Shown here: one piece after another, positions 57,218 to 64,000 of the stretch | How the letters are laid out: the number at the start of each line of letters is the position of its first letter | Position numbering within the stretch: the stretch's first letter is position 1 | Source of the DNA: a virus | Virus record (IMG/VR): IMGVR_UViG_3300018080_000115 | Coordinates: 12,695 to 76,694 of that record | Reading direction: 5' to 3' (one strand) | DNA length: 64,000 nt | Program-made: the position numbers and the translations under genes | The notes under the pieces: generated by a model | What the model was told of the DNA's origin: nothing | Databases searched by the model: none | The model's input: only the letters and a program-made list of their open reading frames with translations

Positions 57218-57955
57218 ATGAAAAAAGCAAACCCCTACGACCAGATTTTTCATTCCGACATGACGAAAGGCGACATCGTATTGAAGAACTCCTTTCTGGT
57301 CTATGAGGGGCAAGAACTGGTCGGATTCGCCGTGCAGTCTCAGAACAAGCAAGATCATCTGACGTTCGTGCGCAGCGGACATTATGGCGGCAAGCCTGAC
57401 GCATTGATGCAACAGATCATCAGAGAGCACTGGTGCGTCTTCGAAGCCTTGCGCGCAAACCCTGCACTCAGACAGCAAGTCGAACAAGCCGCCCGCGATT
57501 TCCAAAGACGCAAGCAGCAAGCCGCTTCAAAACTGTCTCTGGCGCGCGCATATGGCGTTCAGAGCGCCGATCACAGCGAAGGATGGGTCTACTGTCCCAT
57601 GTGCCTGAAACAGGCTCAAGAACGACTTTCCGCACTTCAATCGAACAACAGAGACTTGCAGCATCCCGAAGACAGACGACCGAACGAAGCGCGTCTATTG
57701 ACGACGTTCGACAGCAACATGCCGGAAGAAACCGTCTGTTCCTGTTGCGGAGCGAAATGGCTTCAGCACAAAGGACTTTGGGAGAGCGAAATCTTCGGAT
57801 GGAATCCAGACCAGCAACGGATTCAACAGCACGCTCTCTCATTGGCCAAAGGCAATGAACCACAGAATCCGCTTCACCGCATCACCCGCGCCAACAACAA
57901 GAATCCGCGCCGTCTCAATGCGCCGCCTCAGAGACTGCCTTACAGAAAAAAGTGA
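57218..57955 (+). CDS. Hypothetical protein with CxxC..CxxC
   Basis: GAAAGGA SD; YCPMC..VCSCCG. Confidence 0.7.
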   Translation: MKKANPYDQIFHSDMTKGDIVLKNSFLVYEGQELVGFAVQSQNKQDHLTFVRSGHYGGKPDALMQQIIREHWCVFEALRANPALRQQVEQAARDFQRRKQQAASKLSLARAYGVQSADHSEGWVYCPMCLKQAQERLSALQSNNRDLQHPEDRRPNEARLLTTFDSNMPEETVCSCCGAKWLQHKGLWESEIFGWNPDQQRIQQHALSLAKGNEPQNPLHRITRANNKNPRRLNAPPQRLPYRKK

Positions 57956-58269
57956 CAGGTTGACATTTTTCTTCTTGACATCTCTTCTTGATCGGATAGA
58001 CTGGCAAGCAGATCAACAAAACAAAACGTTGGCAACTTGTTTTGGCAAACTCCCGCCTGATCTTTTCCATCCAAAGTCGCTCTGCAATTCCCTGCAAATT
58101 GCCCACCAAACTCCTCCCTGGAACACAAAACAAACTCCCTGTCGCACGCAGAGCGCGATGGGGAGTTTGCCTTTTCAAGAAGTAAAAGAACAAGAATGTG
58201 TTCTTGATTTTTTGATTGAAACACTTTATCATATTGATGAACGAATAACTCAAGTGATTCAATTAAACC

Positions 58270-59577
58270 ATGAAAATCCACAGATCCCACAAGATTGAAT
58301 TGAAGCCAAACAATGTGCAGTGCGGCTATTTCAGGCGTGCTTGCGGCATTGCGAGGTTTGTCTTCAATTGGGGCCTTGCGGAATGGAAACAGCAGTACGA
58401 AGCAGATGAGAAGCCAAGCAAATTCAAGCTGAAAAAAGAATTCAATGCGATCAAGCACGATGCGTTTCCATTTGTGACTGAAGTGACAAAGTGCGCTGCT
58501 GAGTGCGCTTTCGATCGTCTTGGAACAGCATTCAAGAACTTCTTTCGCAACATCAAAGCAGGAAACAAGCCTGGATATCCTCAGTTCAAGCGCAAAGGAA
58601 AGTGTAAGGATTCATTTTATCTAGCTAATAATCAATTTAGTATAAATAGAAACAAGATTAGAATTCCGTTGTTGGGTTGGGTTCGAATGAGAGAGTGTCT
58701 GCGTTACAGCGGCAAGATTCTATCCGCAACCATTAGTCGAACCGCTGAGAAATGGTTCGTTTCCATAAGCGTTGAGATTGACATTGATGAACCAGCCAAT
58801 CGTGAAACCCAAGCGTTGGTCGGTATTGATGTTGGACTCAACAGTTTCGCAATCCTGAGCACTGGCGAATCATTCACTGCACCGAAGCCATTGAAACACG
58901 CTCTGAAAAAGTTGAGACAGTTGAACAAAAAGCTGTCTCGACAGATCAAAGGATCGAACAACAGAGAGAAGACCAAGCAAAAGCTTGCAAAGCTGTACTA
59001 TCACATCAGTTGTGTTCGAAACGATTTCACGCACAAGCTGAGCACTGTTTTGCTGAAGTGCTTCAGCGGAATTGCAATCGAGGATCTGAACATCAAAGGG
59101 ATGATCCGCAACAGAAATTTGTCGAAATCGATCAGTGATGTTGCTTGGTCTGAATTCAGACGTCAACTCGAATATAAAGCAGAAGCGTTCGGTTCGAAAG
59201 TGATTGCAATCAATCAATGGTTTCCGAGTACGCAGCAGTGTTCACAGTGCTGTTCGCTCAAGGATGGCGACGAAAAATTGAAGCTTGGCAATGAAACCTA
59301 TCGTTGTGATCATTGCGGTTCAGTGATGGATCGTGACTTGAATGCAGCGATCAACATTCGAAACGAAGGATTCAACCTCAGTCCGTATTCTTTCGCCGCT
59401 GGCTTGGCGGTTTCATTGGAATCATCATCTCAGCTAAACGATTCCAGTGATGAGCCTGTCGTCTTGGTTGTCACTGCCAAGGATGTTCATCCTTCGGATA
59501 CATCCTTGATCAAACACCATTGGGCAGGAAGTTTTCATGAACCAAATGATACTATGATGGTTCAATCGATTCAGTAA
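58270..59577 (+). CDS. tnpB: TnpB RNA-guided endonuclease, copy 2
   Basis: HKIELKPN; GIDVG, IAIEDL, RDLNAAINI; CSQC..CDHC. Confidence 0.95.
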   Translation: MKIHRSHKIELKPNNVQCGYFRRACGIARFVFNWGLAEWKQQYEADEKPSKFKLKKEFNAIKHDAFPFVTEVTKCAAECAFDRLGTAFKNFFRNIKAGNKPGYPQFKRKGKCKDSFYLANNQFSINRNKIRIPLLGWVRMRECLRYSGKILSATISRTAEKWFVSISVEIDIDEPANRETQALVGIDVGLNSFAILSTGESFTAPKPLKHALKKLRQLNKKLSRQIKGSNNREKTKQKLAKLYYHISCVRNDFTHKLSTVLLKCFSGIAIEDLNIKGMIRNRNLSKSISDVAWSEFRRQLEYKAEAFGSKVIAINQWFPSTQQCSQCCSLKDGDEKLKLGNETYRCDHCGSVMDRDLNAAINIRNEGFNLSPYSFAAGLAVSLESSSQLNDSSDEPVVLVVTAKDVHPSDTSLIKHHWAGSFHEPNDTMMVQSIQ

Positions 59578-59594
59578 GAAAAACAAAGCAGGAG
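59360..59594 (+). ncRNA. Predicted omegaRNA of TnpB copy 2; boundaries approximate
   Basis: Same 20-bp block at 59520-59539; GAACCA..TGGTTC hairpin before TTCAG. Confidence 0.55.
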
Positions 59595-59601
59595 TCGTCT
59601 T

Positions 59602-60270
59602 ATGTCATGGCTTGGATTCAAGAAGCTGCTCTATCGATGGAGCGTCAAGCGAGGAAAACTGTACTCAGGCTGGTCGAAGCACATTCAGAAACTTGACAAA
59701 CAATACATCGGCACTCGACCGAATTGGGGAGATCTGACTCCAAAGGTTGCTCAGGCGATCATGAACAAGATTCAATGGCGCGAAGACGATTGGAAGCGTC
59801 TAGGCGACGCATTCCGACACCCTGACGTTGGAGACCACTTGTTCAACTGCATCATTCGCGGACACGGAGACAACCCGGATGATCTTGCCAATATGCCGCG
59901 CAGCAAGATTCCAGGCCGAATCATGCATTACAACAAAGGGCATGGACAGCCGCCCAACGAGCCGTTTGATTGCGATGAATTCAGCCTATGGTGCGCCACA
60001 CGGCTTCAGGCTCGATACGACGTCCGCATTCTCAATGTAGTCTGGTCGACCGGGAAGAAACTGCAAGACATCTCCGGTCACAACCTGTGCCTGATCAAAA
60101 TGGAGAATGAACACGGCGTCCGACGCTACTATCACATGGGGAATTGGGGAACCTATGGCGGATTCCGCACCGTCAATGAAGCGGTTGCGGACGTCGTCAG
60201 AAAAGCCGGTTCAAACCGCCTGATCGGATGGCACATGTACAACCCCCGTGAGCTGTACCGCAAAAAGTAG
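59602..60270 (+). CDS. Putative transglutaminase-like cysteine peptidase
   Basis: AGGAG SD; FDCDEFS (DCDDFA-like), GHNLCL, HMGNWG: candidate Cys-His-Asn/Asp triad. Confidence 0.55.
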   Translation: MSWLGFKKLLYRWSVKRGKLYSGWSKHIQKLDKQYIGTRPNWGDLTPKVAQAIMNKIQWREDDWKRLGDAFRHPDVGDHLFNCIIRGHGDNPDDLANMPRSKIPGRIMHYNKGHGQPPNEPFDCDEFSLWCATRLQARYDVRILNVVWSTGKKLQDISGHNLCLIKMENEHGVRRYYHMGNWGTYGGFRTVNEAVADVVRKAGSNRLIGWHMYNPRELYRKK

Positions 60271-60279
60271 CAGTTCAGT

Positions 60280-60474
60280 TCAAAGCATGATGATCGGTTC
60301 TCCGTCCCACGGAACGTCATCAACATCCTGAGCCGCTTCGATCCGCACCATGCCTTCTTCGGCTCTCATCTCAAAATGAAAACCGCCATCATCGGGATGA
60401 TGAACGGCGGTTTCTATTTCAGACAGAAGACGCAGCAGTTCGCTTTTGGAAGCCTTCCAATGATATGTAGGCAT
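60280..60474 (-). CDS. Small hypothetical protein
   Basis: AAAGGACAGACC leader, TTGACA at 60555-60560. Confidence 0.65.
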   Translation of the reverse strand: MPTYHWKASKSELLRLLSEIETAVHHPDDGGFHFEMRAEEGMVRIEAAQDVDDVPWDGEPIIML

Positions 60475-60579
60475 ATTGGTCTGTCCTTTTTTAGGTCCGC
60501 GTTGCACGGATGTCCTGAATCGATGCCATCCATTTTCCCCGCTTCCATGATGACTGTCAAGACTTTGGCGCTTTTTTGA

Positions 60580-60912
60580 TCAAGCGATTACGCCCACAAG
60601 GCGAGATAAATTTGGAATGCGCAGCGTCTTGCGCGTTGTCAGCTCTCGAACGTGCAACAGATTGTTGGCAAGCATGATGAGCCAGCCGTATTCATAGCGC
60701 CCGTCATAGACCCGGTTGGCGATCAGTTCAGGCTTGAATTCTTCTCCATGCTGAACCGTTGTGAATGTGTCGGTCGGATCAGGATCGATAGTCGGACGCC
60801 GATACCAGATTTTTCTGGTGCGTTCGTAGGCATCCGTGTAAAGCGTACCGTTGCGAAGAAATCTGGAGCCCTGACTGAAAACCTTGCTTGGAAGATTTGG
60901 AGATGTCGGCAT
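60580..60912 (-). CDS. Baseplate wedge/tail X protein (T4 gp53- or LysM-like)
   Basis: KPELIANRVYD..GWLIMLANNL..LRIP; position after the tube initiator. Confidence 0.75.
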   Translation of the reverse strand: MPTSPNLPSKVFSQGSRFLRNGTLYTDAYERTRKIWYRRPTIDPDPTDTFTTVQHGEEFKPELIANRVYDGRYEYGWLIMLANNLLHVRELTTRKTLRIPNLSRLVGVIA

Positions 60913-60919
60913 TTTCGAA

Positions 60920-61774
60920 TCACCTCCGTGTGAACGTAATTTCGTTCAATTTGCGCGATCGTCTGTTTGGAGACAAGCCTTGATTGGCCGGATTGATTTC
61001 CAAGCTTCGATCCTTGACTTGCAGAACGCCTGCTTCTCTGAAGACTGGTCGCGGCGCTTCGCTTTCGTAGTTTTCAGGCTCGTTGATCGGCGACACAGCC
61101 TGCGGAACCGCCGCGTCTCCGATCGCGCCGCTGAAGTCCGCATCGCTCCATTTCGCGGCAATGTCGTCATGACCGGGAGCGTATCCGAACGGATACGAAA
61201 CCGTCAAACTCAATGAAACGTCAACGCGCAGCGGAAAATGCGTGTACATTTCAATCGGATAGGAAGCATTGTCATTGAAGCGTACATCGGTCACTTTGCA
61301 GGGAACGTTGATGTATCGCTGTCCGTAGTTGAGCAGCACCATAGGCGGCGGTGAAAATGAACGAGCGGCAACGTTTCCCCGCTGATAGATCGGATAGGCC
61401 AGCGCCATCAAACGAGCAAGCTGCTGCATGACCCATCGGAAATTGTAGTTTCGGCTGACAGCGGTATAGCTCAATTCTAATCCAAGCGAACGGCTTCCGC
61501 TGTTCGAATAGGTGAGGAACGGTTCGGACGATCCCAACGGCGATTGCGAATCGAAGCTTGCGCTCTTGCCGTCGCTGATCGTTACGGACTCCTGAAACAC
61601 GATCGGCGCAATATTCCGTTGTTGAGACATGCGCCTGAACGACATGATCGGCAGAATATAGCCCTCAATATGCGGAGATTGGCTAGCGGGATACAACGGT
61701 GTGACTCCGCTGTTGTCGCCCTGAATGAACGCCCCGCTTTCGTCGAAGTGTCCAATCCGAATAATCGTCATCAA
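60920..61774 (-). CDS. Contractile-tail tube initiator/baseplate hub-like protein
   Basis: EPFLTYSNSGSRSLGLEL..PPPMVLLNYG..CKVTDV..PLRVDVSLSL; follows the tape measure. Confidence 0.65.
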   Translation of the reverse strand: MMTIIRIGHFDESGAFIQGDNSGVTPLYPASQSPHIEGYILPIMSFRRMSQQRNIAPIVFQESVTISDGKSASFDSQSPLGSSEPFLTYSNSGSRSLGLELSYTAVSRNYNFRWVMQQLARLMALAYPIYQRGNVAARSFSPPPMVLLNYGQRYINVPCKVTDVRFNDNASYPIEMYTHFPLRVDVSLSLTVSYPFGYAPGHDDIAAKWSDADFSGAIGDAAVPQAVSPINEPENYESEAPRPVFREAGVLQVKDRSLEINPANQGLSPNRRSRKLNEITFTRR

Positions 61775-63999
61775 ACGCCCTCATCGCTTGGCTTGAATGC
61801 GTTGTGCGCCTCATGAATTCGATTGTGCAGCCCTTGCCGCGCGGTTTCGTTCGCCAAGCTGTTATTCGACTGTTCAAGACGGTGCAGCACTCTGACCATG
61901 ATGTTCAGCAGCCGATCCGCTTCAACGTCATGCACTTGCGTGACGCCGCCTGTGGTCATTGCCGCTGCCGCGCCCGCAGGAACGCCAGGATAAGCGGCCG
62001 GTCCCATCAACGGCGGCATCCCGCCAGCAGCCGCGCCGACTGTCGGAGCGGTCGGAATAGGAACGGTCGGAGCGGTCGGATATGTAGGCGGTCTGACGCC
62101 CGCCAGCGAAGGAGCGGTTGGTTCAACGATCGGCAGTTCCGCACCGTACGTCGCACGAGCGCCGCCACGCACGCGCTCGAAGTGCCATGTTTCTCCGGTT
62201 GCCGTTCCGAAAGCGGCGTCCAATCTGACCTGACCGGGTCCGACTCCATGCTGAGCCAGGGTAGCCAAGAACAAATGCTGATCTTCCGGCGACAGGTTGC
62301 GCAAACCGCCGATGTCCGTGGCAAGACCGACTTCGTGTCTGCTGCTTCCCGGTGGACCGGCTTTGTTTGGATTGAGCCTGTAAAGCTGCGCCTGTTCTTC
62401 CGGACTCCGGTACGCTGACGTGATGCTCAGTTTGTTGATGATATCCGGCCGGATCATCGAAACAGCCGCCAAACCCCTGATCAGATCGTCACCGAATGTC
62501 GGAATGAACAGCGGTTTCGTTCTGCCGCTGACGCCCATGCCAAGCTGTCTGAAGGCGTCTGAATAGTCGGCAAGTTCTTGTGTGCCGATTTCGCCAGCCG
62601 CCATCCTTCCAGCCATCCGCCGTCCGCGTCCAAACGTCTGATAAGCAGTCAGGTTCATTCCGCCGACAACGGTTGGTGCGGTTGTCGTGTAGATGCCGCC
62701 CGGTTTGAATCCGACTTGTGAAAGCGCCGCCGCGAATTCCGCGCTGCCGCCACCAGTCGTCTGAAGAGCGCGAATGTTGCCGATCACCGTCGACAACGCC
62801 CTTGATTCCGCCACACCTCCGGTTGCGTATCCAGCCGCCATTTCACGTTTGGTTTCCTCAGCCAACTGTTCTTTGGCCATGGACATGAGAACGGCCCGAT
62901 CCATGCCGCCCGTAGTAGACATGGTATTGATCAATTCTCTAAGTTCTTCACGCCTTGCGACTTGTCGTGTTCGCGCTGCTGCGGCTGCGCCCGCTTCTTG
63001 TGCTTTTCGTTCAGCAAGCGTCGTTCTTCCAAGTTCTTCCGTGGTCGGTCCAAGATCGATGCCGAATCTTCTTGCCTGTCGTGTTATCCAATCACTGATT
63101 GCCGACCACATCCGTTCCAACAAGCCGAAGAAATGGTCTATTTGGTCATGTAGATCATCAAACCCTTCTTGAATCGATTTGGTGATATCGGTTCCGAAAA
63201 TCCAGTCTATCAACTTCGTCGGAATGAACGTTACCCATTCAATCACTCCTTCGACAAAACCAAGTGCGGCATGAGAAAGTATCCTGAAGAAGTCTGTCCA
63301 TTCCGCTCCCTTTGTAACGGCTTCCCAACCCCGTTTCATAGCTCCAAAAATGCCGCTGACAAGAAAGCCGACTACGCCAAGAGCCTTCCCGACAACGCCT
63401 TTAAAAAGTGCCGGCAAGCCTTTGGTAATCCCTCGAAGGAGGAGTTTCCCGCCGCGTTTAAACAACCATGCGAACCCTTTGCGCACCAATCCGAACGCGC
63501 CTGTAATCCATGCAAGGAAGATGCCCGCCATGGTTGTTCCAGGACCGCCTACTTTATCAACGCCTTTTTGAACGCTTCCCAACGCGCCAGCGATCACATT
63601 CGCCGCTTCGAAGACTTTTTCCCCCATGTCTTTGAGGCTTACAAGAAATTCCGGACTAGTTAAATGAACAAGTGCCGCAAGCCCTTTATCTAACACATTA
63701 GGAATATTTTGTACGACAAAAGCAAGGCTTCTTCCAATCGCAGGCATTACCTTGCTCAAATTTTCATTGAACCCTCTCATTGCTTGAGCAAATGGGCCTT
63801 CTCCAATAAACAAATCATTCAGCAACACGATGATGCTTTTTCCGCCTGTAGGCGCTTCGAACAACGCTTCCCCGAAGGAACGGAACAAGGTTTGAATCTC
63901 AAATCGGACACGCCGCATGCCGCCCAACTGATTCGCCATCATTTCGTCATACTGCCGCTGCAATTGTATCCGCTCTTCCCCAACCGCTCTTTGCAGCTT
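61771..63999 (-). CDS. Tail tape-measure protein C-terminus with M15 (VanY-like) peptidase domain; 5'-truncated
   Basis: Frame open to the window edge; G/A-rich amphipathic repeats; ITSAYRS..SRHEVGLATDI..TWHFE. Confidence 0.85.
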   Translation of the reverse strand, partial: KLQRAVGEERIQLQRQYDEMMANQLGGMRRVRFEIQTLFRSFGEALFEAPTGGKSIIVLLNDLFIGEGPFAQAMRGFNENLSKVMPAIGRSLAFVVQNIPNVLDKGLAALVHLTSPEFLVSLKDMGEKVFEAANVIAGALGSVQKGVDKVGGPGTTMAGIFLAWITGAFGLVRKGFAWLFKRGGKLLLRGITKGLPALFKGVVGKALGVVGFLVSGIFGAMKRGWEAVTKGAEWTDFFRILSHAALGFVEGVIEWVTFIPTKLIDWIFGTDITKSIQEGFDDLHDQIDHFFGLLERMWSAISDWITRQARRFGIDLGPTTEELGRTTLAERKAQEAGAAAAARTRQVARREELRELINTMSTTGGMDRAVLMSMAKEQLAEETKREMAAGYATGGVAESRALSTVIGNIRALQTTGGGSAEFAAALSQVGFKPGGIYTTTAPTVVGGMNLTAYQTFGRGRRMAGRMAAGEIGTQELADYSDAFRQLGMGVSGRTKPLFIPTFGDDLIRGLAAVSMIRPDIINKLSITSAYRSPEEQAQLYRLNPNKAGPPGSSRHEVGLATDIGGLRNLSPEDQHLFLATLAQHGVGPGQVRLDAAFGTATGETWHFERVRGGARATYGAELPIVEPTAPSLAGVRPPTYPTAPTVPIPTAPTVGAAAGGMPPLMGPAAYPGVPAGAAAAMTTGGVTQVHDVEADRLLNIMVRVLHRLEQSNNSLANETARQGLHNRIHEAHNAFKPSDEGV

Positions 64000-64000
64000 C

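Noticed and set aside
1-64000. Genome-wide TAG reassignment (code 15)
   Set aside because: Conserved genes are intact under code 11, and several TAG stops are followed by terminators or out-of-frame genes
1-64000. Diversity-generating retroelement or retron
   Set aside because: No reverse transcriptase motifs and no TR/VR pair differing only at adenines were seen

Overview
This looks like 64 kb of a large contractile-tailed (myovirus-type) phage genome. No integrase or host housekeeping genes are seen. Most of the window is accessory or early territory made of small, often paralogous ORFs. The right end enters the virion module on the - strand: a tape-measure C-terminus with an M15 peptidase motif, a tube-initiator-like gene and a gp53/LysM-like baseplate gene. 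Recognisable genes are three amidoligase (COOH-NH2 ligase type 2) paralogues, two catalytically intact TnpB-only elements, a MazG-like protein, a Pol-beta nucleotidyltransferase, a HAD phosphatase, DUF262, a CX5R phosphatase, a degenerate ComM-like AAA+ protein, a Cys-less E2-fold protein, tRNA-Ala(UGC) and a canonical-fold tRNA with anticodon CUA (amber suppressor). The most striking unexplained structure is regulatory. Four sigma54-type (-24 GG/-12 GC) promoters each lie about 100-140 bp from one of three arrays of 17-bp RTGAC-N7-GTCAY palindromes at about 21-bp spacing, which is the layout of a bacterial enhancer. They drive a five-member family of small proteins and one amidoligase, alongside a separate sigma70 promoter family. 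A roughly 3 kb gene-poor region (29.5-32.4 kb) with an AT-rich core and GT-rich tandem repeats is an origin candidate. All family calls come from motif recognition by eye; no database searches were run.
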